A stretch of 64,000 nucleotides of DNA from Planctomycetota bacterium (GCA_040755855.1 JBFMAD010000022.1:34967-98966), one strand, 5' to 3'. Positions 27,420-36,937 are shown, counted from the first letter of the stretch. A program made the numbers and translations. Notes: generated by a model not told the origin, from the letters alone.

Positions 27420-27512
27420 GTGTGCCACGCTCAAGCCTTGCTTGAGCGTGCATCTGCGAAGGGGCTCCAAGCCCGCCGAAGACACGCTCAAACCAGTTTG
27501 AGCGTGGCACAC
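27420..27512. repeat. REPIN-like element with GTGTGCCACG...CGTGGCACAC termini and two internal hairpins
   Basis: CACGCTCAAGC-ctt-GCTTGAGCGTG (27427-27451) and CACGCTCAAA-ccag-TTTGAGCGTG (27483-27506). Confidence 0.75.
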
Positions 27513-27655
27513 AACCCAGACAACGGTTGGCTACCATACCCTGTAGGGCGGGGAAAGTCAACGGTGCGGCCGGCTGCTTATCCACAAAAACAGTTGCAAC
27601 CGGCCCGCGCCTTTGTATAATCAAGCCTTTGGGTGTGGGACAGGAGAATGCATCG

Positions 27656-28186
27656 GTGCGCAAGGCGTTGGTCGTGATTGACATGGTGAAGGGGTTTTTC
27701 GTGGAGGGGAGTGCCCTGTACTGCGGCAAGAAGGCCCGCAAGATCATCCCATTCGTGAAGGCGAAACTTGAGGAATACGAGAAGCACGGCTACTTCGTCG
27801 TCTTCGTGTGCGACAACCACGATCCTGACGATGAGGAGTTCAACGCCTTCGCCCCGCACTGCGTCAGAGGCACGGAGGAGACGGAGGTCATTGACGAGCT
27901 GAAGGACTTCGCCAAGCGCCACCGCGTCCTGCCCAAGAGACGATACAGCGCCTTCTTCGACACGGACCTGGGGGGCGTTTTGGAAGAGGCCAAACCCGAC
28001 CTGGTCGAGGTCGTCGGCGTGTGCACGAATATCTGCGTCCTGTTCACCGTGGAGGACCTGCGCAACCGGGACTATCCCGTGCGCGTCTATGCCGAGGGCG
28101 TCGCGTCGTTCGATCGGGAGGCGCACGAGTTCGCCCTGAAACAGATGGGATCCGTCCTCGCGGTGGAGGTCGTCCGCGAGAAATGA
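27656..28186 (+). CDS. isochorismatase-family cysteine hydrolase (nicotinamidase-like)
   Basis: GTG 27656 after CAGGAGA: RKALVVIDMVKGF...KRRYSAFFDTDL...VVGVCTNICV, i.e. the Asp-Lys-Cys triad context. Confidence 0.75.
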   Translation: MRKALVVIDMVKGFFVEGSALYCGKKARKIIPFVKAKLEEYEKHGYFVVFVCDNHDPDDEEFNAFAPHCVRGTEETEVIDELKDFAKRHRVLPKRRYSAFFDTDLGGVLEEAKPDLVEVVGVCTNICVLFTVEDLRNRDYPVRVYAEGVASFDREAHEFALKQMGSVLAVEVVREK

Positions 28187-28208
28187 CTCTTTTTCCGGAG
28201 AAAGAACC

Positions 28209-29318
28209 ATGTCGGTAATTCGTGTCGGGTGTGTCGGCGTCGGGGGCATGGGGGGCAACCATGTGAAGGCGGTGTCGGACATCAAGAACGCGGAGCTGGT
28301 CGCCGTCTGCGACATCATTGAGGCCACGGCGAAGCGCGTCGGCGAGCAGTACAGCGTGCCGTTCTACACCGATCACCGCGCGATGCTGAAAAAGGAAAAG
28401 CTGGACGCCATCACCATCGCCACGCCGCATCCGCAGCACAGGCCGGTGGCGGTGGCCGCGCTGAACGCGAAGAAGCATGTCTTCACCGAGAAGCCCATGG
28501 CCTCGACGGTGAGCGACTGCGACCTGATGATCGCCGCGGCGAAGAAGAACCGCAAGCGCCTGTGCGTCATGTATCAGCAGCGGACCAAGGCCGTCAACCA
28601 CGAGGCCCGGCGGATCATCAAAAGCGGCGAGATCGGGACGCTGATCCGCGTCAACATGGTGTCCTCAAGTATGCGCACACAGGCTTATTACGACAGCGGA
28701 GGTTGGCGCGGCACGTGGGACGGCGAGGGCGGCGGGGTGCTGCTCAACCAGGCCCCCCACCAGATTGACCTGCTCCTGTGGCTGACGGGCCCGCCGAAGC
28801 GCGTGATGGGGCATGTCAGCACCTTCGGCCATGAGATCGAGGTGGAGGACACGGCCTCGGCCCTGATGGAATACCCCAACGGCGCGCATGGGTGCATCCA
28901 GGTCAGCACCGTTGAGGCGCCCGGCATGAGTCGGTACGAGATCGTCGGCACGAAGGGGAGGATCGTCCTCGAGGGCAGCCGCCTCCGCATGAACGTGCTG
29001 GAGCAACCGTCGGACCAGTTCATCAAGACGAACAAGGAGATGTGGGGATCGGTCAAGGGGGAGTGGAAGGACATCGAGGTCAAGCCGGACGCCGCCACCC
29101 ATGTGGAGGGCGTGACGGCCATGATCCAGGACTTCATTGACTCGCTCATCGAGAAGCGCGCCTCGCTCTGTCCCGCCGAGGAGGGGCGCATGTCGGTGGA
29201 GCTGGCGAACGCGATGATCATGTCGAGCGTAACCGGCAAGCCGGTGGACCTGCCCATTGACGCAAAGAAGTACGACGGAATTCTGAAGAAGCTGATCCGG
29301 CAAAAAGGATTGATGTAG
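28209..29318 (+). CDS. Gfo/Idh/MocA family oxidoreductase
   Basis: IRVGCVGVGGMGGNHV...VFTEKPMA...GGVLLNQAPHQIDLL. Confidence 0.85.
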   Translation: MSVIRVGCVGVGGMGGNHVKAVSDIKNAELVAVCDIIEATAKRVGEQYSVPFYTDHRAMLKKEKLDAITIATPHPQHRPVAVAALNAKKHVFTEKPMASTVSDCDLMIAAAKKNRKRLCVMYQQRTKAVNHEARRIIKSGEIGTLIRVNMVSSSMRTQAYYDSGGWRGTWDGEGGGVLLNQAPHQIDLLLWLTGPPKRVMGHVSTFGHEIEVEDTASALMEYPNGAHGCIQVSTVEAPGMSRYEIVGTKGRIVLEGSRLRMNVLEQPSDQFIKTNKEMWGSVKGEWKDIEVKPDAATHVEGVTAMIQDFIDSLIEKRASLCPAEEGRMSVELANAMIMSSVTGKPVDLPIDAKKYDGILKKLIRQKGLM

Positions 29319-29349
29319 GATAAAGAAAAGGCCCACTCAGGGAGCAAGT

Positions 29350-32202
29350 ATGAAAGCTGCTGCGATGCGAAAGGTGACGGTCGCCCTCCTGGCGGCGGGC
29401 ATTGGGATGTTGATAATCGGTCAGCCGGCGCACGGCCACACAGGCGTGCACGCGCGGTGCGTCCGCACGGACAAGCCGGTCACCCTCGACGGCAAGCTGA
29501 CCGAATGGCAGAAGGCCGAGACCATCGAGATTGATCACGCGAAGACGTCCTTCGGCGTGACGTCCTCCGACGCCGACGCGAGCTACATGCTCGGCACGAT
29601 GTGGGATGAAAACAACCTGTATGTGGCCATCTTTGTCAAGGACAGCAAGATTGTCACCGACCAGAAGGGGGAGGACCTATACAAGGCCGACTGCATCGAG
29701 ATCGCCATTGACCTTGACAACCAGAGCGAGGGCAGCTACCAGAAGGACGATTACCAGTTCGTCTTCTGTCCATCCGGTCCGGACAAGAGGCCCCAGAAGT
29801 GGATGTACCGCAATCCTGTCACGGGCAATCAGGAGCCGAAGGACGTCCAGGTCGCTTCCGTTCTCAAAGACGATGGATACGTCCTGGAGATCGCCATTCC
29901 CTGGAAGGCCCTCGGCGAGTTCAGACCCGCCGCGGGGACCGTTATCGGCTTTCAGCACGATATTCGAGATTACGACGCAAACGAGGAGGCTGCCGGCCTG
30001 TGCTGGTCGCCCTCAAAGGACCCGATGGCCAACCCGCTCGAATGGGGCGATCTGATCCTGGTGGACCGCCCCGGCGCGCCCATTGACGACGCCCTTGCCA
30101 AGCTCAAGCCGATCAACGCCCGCTACCGGCGGATGCTCACCGGCCTCGTGGCCGAGGACGACAACGAGGTCGCCGTCGAGATCGCTGACAAGCCCGTCGG
30201 CAATCTCTCCCTCGGCATCGGCTGGAATTGGCGCTACCTGAGCAACGACTTCCCCGACTGGAGCAAGGAGGAGTGGGACGCCTTTCTCGGTATGTTGGCC
30301 TGGACCAGACCACACTGGGTTCGTTACGGCCTGCACTTGCGCGATTGGGAGCCGAAGAACGATGATAACGACTCGAAGCATTTCGCTTGGGAAAACTTTT
30401 CCTTCGACTCCGACGCGATGAAGATGCACTACAGGATGTTGGACTTCTGCGAGGCCCAGGGCATCGCCGTCCTCATCTGCAACTGGAAGGCCGGCGAGTG
30501 GCTGGCCGAAACCGCGCACAGCAAGGACCTGAAGGACACCGACGACAAGCCCGATACCGACGCGCCGTACGACCCGAATGAATTCATCGAGAGCATCGCC
30601 GCGCTGGTCCATCAGCTCAAGGTCGTGAAGAAGTATCAATGCGTCAAACAGATCTCCCTCTGGAACGAGCCGAACGGCAAATGGTCCTACAACTCCCCAA
30701 ATGCGAACTACCCCGACGCCTTCTGGGCCATGTATCCGCCCCTCGATGCGAAGCTCAAGGATATGGACCTGCGCGACCAGATCCAGATTCTCGGTCCGGA
30801 CTCGTCCATGGGGAAGTACTCCGAGCTGGAGACCATCCTGCCCCTGCTCGACAAAGCCGGCGATGTGATTGATGTGGTCTGCGACCACGACTACAAGGGC
30901 TTCATGGACTGCGAGAAGGGCAAGAAGGGCGTGCCGCTCTCCGAAGGAATCGCCGCCTATGCGAAGTTTACTGAGGCCCTCCGCGCCCGCAAGCGCCCCC
31001 TGCCGTTCGGCGTCGCGGAGTTCGGCAACTACGGCAACAGCGCCGGACCGGTGGATACGGACGAGGAGGTCTTCGCCGGCTCGATCTCGACGGCGGAGCT
31101 CGTCACACGCGGCGCCGCGGCGGGGGTGAACGGTTTCCTGCGCTGGGAGTTCCGGGTCTATGACAACTCGTGGCGAAACTTCGGCGCGCTCACGTCCGTC
31201 AGCAAGGATCGCCTCTTCACGCCGTATCCCCCGGTGTATTTCCCCCACGCGCTCCTCTCACGCCACATCGAACGGGGGTCCGACGTCCTGGATGTGAAGA
31301 CGGCCGGGGGCAAGGACGAGAACGGCGTCCCCCGCGTGCATGCCTCGGCGTTTAAGTGGGGGCTGAACAAGTTCAGCATCGTCCTCATCAACGACGGCCT
31401 GAAGCCGAAGGTGGTCCACGTCAGCGCCATGCCCCTGGCCTTCATGCGATTTCAACTGTCGCACCTGTCCTACGACCGCAGCCTGCCCGAGACGATCCTG
31501 CGCAACGCGAACGTGCCGGTCCATCAGGGCAGTTTCGACGTCGGCCTGAAGCCGCGGAGCATCAACGTCATTACGACCATCGAGGATGGGATCGAGCCGC
31601 AGGATTTCATGGCCCCTGTCCGCCTCTCTCCGCCCCGGCTCGAGCCGTCCTACGAACAAGGTGAGGAGAACGGCCGCCCCATCGAGCGGGTCCGCTTCGG
31701 CTTCGAGCAGGGCGGGCAGTGGGCGGTGTGGCAAAGCTCGCCCGGCCGCACGACCCTGCGTAGCGCCGACGAGATGCCCCGGTCCGGCAAACGGTCGGGT
31801 CGGCTGGCCTATGAGTTCGTTTCGGAAAAGCCGCTCAAGGCGATGGAACATGCATTTGTCAGGACCAATATCCTGCTGGGCGGGCGGCCGGTACGCATGT
31901 CCCTGTGGGTGTTCGGCAACGAGAGCGGCCACATTCTGCACGTGAACTTCATTGACGCGAACGGCGAGACCTATCAGGTGAAAAAGGAAATCCCCATTGA
32001 CTTCGCCGGCTGGCGGAAGGTCGAGATTGACCTGAGCGCCATGCCCGCCGATTGCGGCCGATGGGGCGGGGATGAGAACGGCAAACTCGACCTGCCCATC
32101 CGGGCCTTCGCTGTCAGCTTCGGCGAGAAGGCGCACGAGTTCGCCGGCACAGGGACGATCTTCCTCGATGACATCGAGATCGTTGCCGAGGCCAAGCCAT
32201 AG
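29350..32202 (+). CDS. secreted multidomain glycoside hydrolase: CBM9/DOMON-like N-domain, clan GH-A TIM barrel, C-terminal carbohydrate-binding-like domain
   Basis: Signal peptide; VTLDGKLTEWQKAE...NLYVAIFVKD...CIEIAIDLDN...EIAIPWKALG (CBM9-like); ISLWNEPNG (acid/base NEP motif) and GVAEFGNYG (candidate nucleophile). Confidence 0.55.
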   Translation: MKAAAMRKVTVALLAAGIGMLIIGQPAHGHTGVHARCVRTDKPVTLDGKLTEWQKAETIEIDHAKTSFGVTSSDADASYMLGTMWDENNLYVAIFVKDSKIVTDQKGEDLYKADCIEIAIDLDNQSEGSYQKDDYQFVFCPSGPDKRPQKWMYRNPVTGNQEPKDVQVASVLKDDGYVLEIAIPWKALGEFRPAAGTVIGFQHDIRDYDANEEAAGLCWSPSKDPMANPLEWGDLILVDRPGAPIDDALAKLKPINARYRRMLTGLVAEDDNEVAVEIADKPVGNLSLGIGWNWRYLSNDFPDWSKEEWDAFLGMLAWTRPHWVRYGLHLRDWEPKNDDNDSKHFAWENFSFDSDAMKMHYRMLDFCEAQGIAVLICNWKAGEWLAETAHSKDLKDTDDKPDTDAPYDPNEFIESIAALVHQLKVVKKYQCVKQISLWNEPNGKWSYNSPNANYPDAFWAMYPPLDAKLKDMDLRDQIQILGPDSSMGKYSELETILPLLDKAGDVIDVVCDHDYKGFMDCEKGKKGVPLSEGIAAYAKFTEALRARKRPLPFGVAEFGNYGNSAGPVDTDEEVFAGSISTAELVTRGAAAGVNGFLRWEFRVYDNSWRNFGALTSVSKDRLFTPYPPVYFPHALLSRHIERGSDVLDVKTAGGKDENGVPRVHASAFKWGLNKFSIVLINDGLKPKVVHVSAMPLAFMRFQLSHLSYDRSLPETILRNANVPVHQGSFDVGLKPRSINVITTIEDGIEPQDFMAPVRLSPPRLEPSYEQGEENGRPIERVRFGFEQGGQWAVWQSSPGRTTLRSADEMPRSGKRSGRLAYEFVSEKPLKAMEHAFVRTNILLGGRPVRMSLWVFGNESGHILHVNFIDANGETYQVKKEIPIDFAGWRKVEIDLSAMPADCGRWGGDENGKLDLPIRAFAVSFGEKAHEFAGTGTIFLDDIEIVAEAKP

Positions 32203-32208
32203 GGTTTC

Positions 32209-32241
32209 AACCTCCCGGAGGTTCAGAACCTCCGGGAGGTT
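32209..32241. repeat. AACCTCCCGGAGGTT / AACCTCCGGGAGGTT inverted pair (15-bp stem, 3-nt loop) just after the GH gene stop
   Basis: The two 15-mers are exact reverse complements. Possible terminator or REP, though no clear U-tract follows. Confidence 0.65.
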
Positions 32242-32263
32242 TGCCTTGTTGCCATGACGCTGG

Positions 32264-32335
32264 GTGCCACGGCTTGCTTGCAAGCCGTGGGCTGTGACGC
32301 CCCACATCACGGGCTGCAAGCAACCCGTGGCACAC
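32264..32335. repeat. second member of the GTGCCACG...CGTGGCACAC REPIN-like family
   Basis: CCACGGCTTGC-tt-GCAAGCCGTGG (32267-32290) and CACGGGCTGCAAGCAACCCGTG (32308-32329). Same termini as 27420-27512. Confidence 0.7.
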
Positions 32336-32388
32336 CGCGTGCTATCCTATGCGGATTCTTGCCATGGTGTGCTGAGAAAGGAAATCGA

Positions 32389-33327
32389 GTGACACTGCTC
32401 ATAGGCGCGCTGACGATCGGCCTGATTCTCTCGCTCCTGGCGCTGGGGGTCTATATCAGCTTCCGCATCTTCAACTTCCCCGACATCACCGCTGACGGGT
32501 CATTCGCCCTCGGCGGGGCCGTGGCGGCGATCCTTGTTGTGAGCGGTTGGGGCCCTTTTCTCGCCACCGGCGTGGCGATCCTCGCGGGCATGGCCGCGGG
32601 CGCGGCGACGGGCGTCCTGCACACAAAGTTCAGCATTCACGGACTTCTCGCCGGCATTCTCGTCATGACCGCGCTCTACTCCGTGAACCTGCACGTGATG
32701 GGCAAGAGCAACGTGCCCCTCCTCTCGGAGACCACCCTCGCCACCCGCGCGGCGTCGGCGGGCGAATGGATCGAGGGCGGCAAGGAGGCCCTGATCATCG
32801 CCGGTTGGGAGGTGTTGGTCTCGGACCTGTCGGTTCTGATCTGCACGTCGGCGATGATCGTTCTCGCGTGCATCGTCCTCTACATCTTCTTCCGGACGAA
32901 CCTCGGCACGTCCATGCGGGCAACGGGCGACAACCCGCAGATGATCCGCGCCCTCGGCGTGAACGTGGGCAACATGATCGTCGTCGGCCTTGCACTGGCC
33001 AACGGACTCATCGCCCTCTCGGGGGCGCTGCTCGCGCAGTATCAGGGCTTTGCCGACGTGCAGATGGGCATCGGCATGGTGGTGCTGGGGCTGGCGAGCG
33101 TCATCATCGGCGAGGCGCTCGTCGGCCACATGACCCTCGGCCTCACCATCACCGGGGCGGTGATGGGGGCGGTGCTCTTTCGTCTCTTGGTGGCCATCGC
33201 GCTTCGCTGGGGCCTGGACCCGAACGACCTGAAGCTGGTGACGGCCCTCTTCGTCTTCGCCGCGCTCGTGTTGCCGGGAATCTTGAAGAGATTCACAAAG
33301 AAGAAAATCGGGGTGGCAAATGCTTGA
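32389..33327 (+). CDS. ABC transporter permease (COG4120-type, branched-chain/BMP-like fold)
   Basis: GTG 32389 after AAAGGA: TLLIGALTIGLILSLLALGVYISFRIFNFPDITADGSFALGG. The upstream part of ORF 32254 is repeat DNA. Overlaps the ATPase gene by 8 nt. Confidence 0.75.
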   Translation: MTLLIGALTIGLILSLLALGVYISFRIFNFPDITADGSFALGGAVAAILVVSGWGPFLATGVAILAGMAAGAATGVLHTKFSIHGLLAGILVMTALYSVNLHVMGKSNVPLLSETTLATRAASAGEWIEGGKEALIIAGWEVLVSDLSVLICTSAMIVLACIVLYIFFRTNLGTSMRATGDNPQMIRALGVNVGNMIVVGLALANGLIALSGALLAQYQGFADVQMGIGMVVLGLASVIIGEALVGHMTLGLTITGAVMGAVLFRLLVAIALRWGLDPNDLKLVTALFVFAALVLPGILKRFTKKKIGVANA

Positions 33328-34132
33328 GATTCGCGGCGCATCCAAGACGTTCAATCCCGGCACGCCGAACGAGGTGCGGGCGCTGCAGGGGCTTGATTTG
33401 ACCGTCGAGGAGAGCCAGTTCGTCACCGTCATCGGGACCAACGGGTCAGGCAAGTCCACACTCCTCAACGCCGTGGCCGGGACGTTCCTCCTCGATACGG
33501 GCAGCATCGTCCTCGACGGCCGCAACGTCACGCGCTGGTCGGAACACCGCCGGGCGTCGCTGATCGGCCGCGTGTTCCAGAACCCCTTCGCGGGCACCGC
33601 GCCGGGCATGTCGATCGCCGAAAATCTGGCCCTCGCCGCCCGGCGCGGCATGCGCCGCGGCCTCGGCTGGGCGCTCAGGGGGAGTGTGATGGGCGACATC
33701 GGCGACCGGGTGAAAGCCCTCAACATGGCCCTGGAGGACCGCCTCGACCAGCCCATCGGCACCCTCTCCGGCGGCCAGCGCCAGGCGCTTACGCTCCTCA
33801 TGGCGACGTGGCTCAAGCCGCGCCTCCTGCTCCTCGACGAGCACACCGCCGCGCTCGACCCGAAGACCGCCGACCAGGTGGTCCGCCTGAGCGAGGAAAT
33901 CATCTCGCGCGACAAGCTGACGACGCTGATGGTCACTCACTCCATGCAGCAGGCGGCATCGCTCGGCGACCGGCTGATCATGATGCACCGCGGCCGGATC
34001 ATTCACGACTTTGCCGGCGCGGAGAAAAAGCGCATCCGGGTGAGCGACCTGCTCGAACGTTTCGAGGAGGTCCGCCGCCTCGACCAGCTCGACGAGTCGG
34101 CGGCGGAGATGCTGCGGGCGAGCTACGTGTGA
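33320..34132 (+). CDS. ABC transporter ATP-binding protein (COG1101-type)
   Basis: Walker A GTNGSGKST, signature LSGGQRQ, Walker B LLLLDEHTAALD. Confidence 0.9.
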   Translation: MLEIRGASKTFNPGTPNEVRALQGLDLTVEESQFVTVIGTNGSGKSTLLNAVAGTFLLDTGSIVLDGRNVTRWSEHRRASLIGRVFQNPFAGTAPGMSIAENLALAARRGMRRGLGWALRGSVMGDIGDRVKALNMALEDRLDQPIGTLSGGQRQALTLLMATWLKPRLLLLDEHTAALDPKTADQVVRLSEEIISRDKLTTLMVTHSMQQAASLGDRLIMMHRGRIIHDFAGAEKKRIRVSDLLERFEEVRRLDQLDESAAEMLRASYV

Positions 34133-34142
34133 GGGGTGCTCC

Positions 34143-35198
34143 TCAGCGATTTGTCTCCGAGCCGTTTAACTCGTTCACCTTCCGCATCGTCTCCAGCGAC
34201 GCCATGATGAGCACCTTGGCGCCTTCGCGGAGGGTCTCTGTTCCCTTGGGGTGAAGGTCCGGAGCGCCCCCGTCTTCGAGGCAGAGCACGGAGAGGTCGA
34301 GGTCATCCTCTAACTTGTCCACCGTCCACCCGATGAGCTGCGAGCCGGGCCTGATGACCACTTCACTCAGATTGACGAGTTGGTCTCCAATATAGAAGGA
34401 GTGCTTCACGTCCATGCGCATGGCTGCGGCGGCGAAGATGGGAGCAGCGAGGGCGGACGTGCTGAAGGCGGTATGGATGCCGAAGCCCTTCTCCACGCGC
34501 CGAGCCAGGTCGGGGTCGAACATGCGGAGGACGATCTTGATGTCGGGGTTTACCTCGCGGGCATCGAGGGCGATATCCACGTTGGCAAGCTCGTTGTCGG
34601 TGCAGGGGATGATGGCGTCGGCCCGCTGCACCCCGGCCTCAAGGAGGGCGGCCGTCCGCCGGGCGTCGGCGATCAGGACGGGGATGCCCTGGCTTTTCGC
34701 CTTCTCGATGAACCGGCACTGGGGGTCGGCCTCCAGGGCCACGATGTCCCGCCCGAACTTGAGGAGCTCCATGGCGACGCGGAAGCCCACCTTGCCCAGG
34801 CCGCAGAGGATGACGTGATTGGAGTAGGTCGATGCCATAGCCACCTGCCATTTCTGTCCGCGTTGTCGTTTGTCCATCAGGGCCACGCCGAATCGAATCA
34901 GCCCGTCGCCGATGGCGGCGAGGCCGATGATCGGGATGACAAAGAAAAGAATTTGCAGGTACCACTTCTCTGGGAAGGGCAGGCAGGTCTCGAGAAAGAC
35001 CATCATGAACGCCGCATGCAGGGCCTCGTTGAACGGAGGGTGTTGGCCTGTGTCGGGGAAGGTGTACACGAAATGGAAGAGCAGCCCGCCGCCGATGACC
35101 ACGGCAAACAAGACGATCATCGGGTTCCGAAATTCGTGAAACAGCACGCGCGCGTCGCGCAGTTGGGCGCGAACGGCGCGGCGCAGGCATCGCTTCAT
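34143..35198 (-). CDS. two-TM membrane protein with RCK (TrkA-N/TrkA-C) domains; K+-channel-like but without a GYG selectivity filter
   Basis: HVILCGLGKVGFRVAMELL (Rossmann) after two TM helices. The pore-loop position reads FMMVFLETCLPFPEKW instead of TxGYGD. ATG at 35198 (MKRCLRR). Confidence 0.65.
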   Translation of the reverse strand: MKRCLRRAVRAQLRDARVLFHEFRNPMIVLFAVVIGGGLLFHFVYTFPDTGQHPPFNEALHAAFMMVFLETCLPFPEKWYLQILFFVIPIIGLAAIGDGLIRFGVALMDKRQRGQKWQVAMASTYSNHVILCGLGKVGFRVAMELLKFGRDIVALEADPQCRFIEKAKSQGIPVLIADARRTAALLEAGVQRADAIIPCTDNELANVDIALDAREVNPDIKIVLRMFDPDLARRVEKGFGIHTAFSTSALAAPIFAAAAMRMDVKHSFYIGDQLVNLSEVVIRPGSQLIGWTVDKLEDDLDLSVLCLEDGGAPDLHPKGTETLREGAKVLIMASLETMRKVNELNGSETNR

Positions 35199-35385
35199 TC
35201 CGGCGCACCTCAACCATTCGAGGGGGAACCGATAGCCATTATATCCCCTCGCGCGCAGGATGCAAGGCATTGTATCGCGTTGCTTTCCTTTGTCCTTGCC
35301 GCGGCCGGGGCCATGTGGTATACTTCAGTCGAGGAATGTCGTGCGGACAGGTGAAGGGTTTGCGGCCTATTGGGAAAGGGGTGCG

Positions 35386-35625
35386 ATGGGAAACCTGCTG
35401 ATTCCACTCGTCCTCGCCAGCCTCATCGGAGGGGTGCTGACCGGCATGATGGCCTATGCCCGCAACCGCGACCACGTCCTGTGGGCTATCCTCGGCGCGG
35501 CGCTCCTCGGCGCGCCGTTGATCCTCTTGCTCGCCTCCGCAGCCCTCTGTCCCAACTGCAAGATGCCCATTCCGCGCAGGTTCCACAAGGAGGGCCTGTG
35601 CCCTTACTGTGACAAGGAGTTCTGA
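35386..35625 (+). CDS. small two-TM protein with C-terminal zinc-ribbon (CPNC...CPYC)
   Basis: MGNLLIPLVLASLIGGVLTGMMAY...WAILGAALLGAPLILLLASAALCPNCKMPIPRRFHKEGLCPYCDKEF. In-frame ATG inside ORF 35260..35625. Confidence 0.45.
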   Translation: MGNLLIPLVLASLIGGVLTGMMAYARNRDHVLWAILGAALLGAPLILLLASAALCPNCKMPIPRRFHKEGLCPYCDKEF

Positions 35626-35631
35626 GGGAGA

Positions 35632-35680
35632 GGAAATAGAATTACGAATATCGAACAAGGAATATCGAATGTCGAAGTTA
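35632..35680. repeat. heptamer tract (GAATNTC-type)x7
   Basis: ggaaata gaattac gaatatc gaacaag gaatatc gaatgtc gaagtta. Fills the gap between two convergent genes. Confidence 0.75.
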
Positions 35681-36634
35681 AAGCTTGACCTGCTCCTCGA
35701 CCCACGGGTAGGTCCGCTTGATCCCCTCGACGAGGGGGAACTTGGCCTGCCAGCCGGTCCGATGGATTTTTGCATTGCTGAAATTTCGTGACAGCACGCC
35801 CACCGGCCCCTCGACGTGCTTGATGCGAATCTTCTTGCCGGCGACCTGGGCGACGACCCGTACCAGCTCGTCCACCGTGACATACTCCGGATTGCCGATG
35901 TTTGCCGGGCTTTTGAGATCGGACTGCATCAGGCGGTAGATTCCGTCCACCATGTCGTCAACGTAGGTGTAGGAACGAACCGCCGTGCCGTCGCCCCAGA
36001 CCTCGATCTCCCCCTCGTCCCCCCGGACCTCGGCGACCTTCCGGCACATCGCGGCCGGCGCCTTCTCGCGCCCCCCCGTCCACGTGCCGTACGGCCCGTA
36101 GCAGTTCTGGAATCGGGCAATGCGCGTCTCGATGCCGGTGCGCCGCCCGTAGGCCTCGACCACGCGCTCGGAGTAGAGTTTCTCCCAGCCGTACTCGTTG
36201 TGCGGCATGGCAGGGTAGGCCTCGGCCTCGGTCAGCTCCGGCTCGCCCGGCTTCATGTCGCGATAGACGCATACCGACGACGAGTAGAAGTAGCGCGGGC
36301 ACTTCGCCTCCGCGGCGGCGTGGATCATGTTGATGTTGATGAGGACATTGTGCCGCATGATCTCCGTCTCGGCGGCGTTGATGAACCCCATGCCGCCCAT
36401 GTCGGCGGCCAGTTGATAGACCTCGTCGAATCGCTTTCCGCCGGGGGGGGCCAGCGCCTTCCGGCAGTCCTCAAGCTCCCGCAGATCGAGGAGCGCAAAC
36501 TCGTCCGCCGAGAGCCGGCGGAACTCGTGTTCCTTGATGTCCACCCCGCGGACCCAGTATCCGCGCCCCTTCAGAAATTCAACCAGATGGCCGCCGATAA
36601 AGCCGCCCGCTCCACACACCAATGCCGTTTTCAT
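35678..36634 (-). CDS. NAD-dependent epimerase, GDP-mannose 3,5-epimerase-like
   Basis: ALVCGAGGFIGGHL...LAADMGGMGFI...YSSSVCVY...YGWEKL...ARFQNCYGPYGTWTGGREKAPAAMCRK closely mirrors GME-family motifs. Confidence 0.75.
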   Translation of the reverse strand: MKTALVCGAGGFIGGHLVEFLKGRGYWVRGVDIKEHEFRRLSADEFALLDLRELEDCRKALAPPGGKRFDEVYQLAADMGGMGFINAAETEIMRHNVLININMIHAAAEAKCPRYFYSSSVCVYRDMKPGEPELTEAEAYPAMPHNEYGWEKLYSERVVEAYGRRTGIETRIARFQNCYGPYGTWTGGREKAPAAMCRKVAEVRGDEGEIEVWGDGTAVRSYTYVDDMVDGIYRLMQSDLKSPANIGNPEYVTVDELVRVVAQVAGKKIRIKHVEGPVGVLSRNFSNAKIHRTGWQAKFPLVEGIKRTYPWVEEQVKL

Positions 36635-36902
36635 GCCGCTCCGTCTTTACTTCTATCTTTTTCGAGGTTCGCCACACAGCGCATGGAAAGCAGATATGCC
36701 CGAACGCCCGCATGTCGGCAGTAGGATACGCAGCCTGGGCGACGATGTCAAATGAATAATGAATTCGCGGCGGGGCCGAGGAAGTGGCTTTTACTTTCCG
36801 GACGAGTTCAGATGAGGATCCCTATTCCCGCCGAGGCGGACTGCGCGGTCTGCGTGCATTTGCCGAATTAGAAGAGCCTTCCACACATCCTGCCGCTTCC
36901 AT

Positions 36903-36937
36903 AATGCGGAATGTGGAGTGTGGAATGCGGAATGAAG
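36903..36937. repeat. heptamer tract (AATGYGG)x5
   Basis: aatgcgg aatgtgg agtgtgg aatgcgg aatgaag. Confidence 0.75.

Noticed and set aside
27578-27586. Perfect DnaA box TTATCCACA, which could suggest oriC
   Set aside because: It is a single isolated 9-mer, of the order expected by chance in 64 kb on two strands. There is no cluster of boxes, no AT-rich unwinding element and no dnaA/dnaN nearby.
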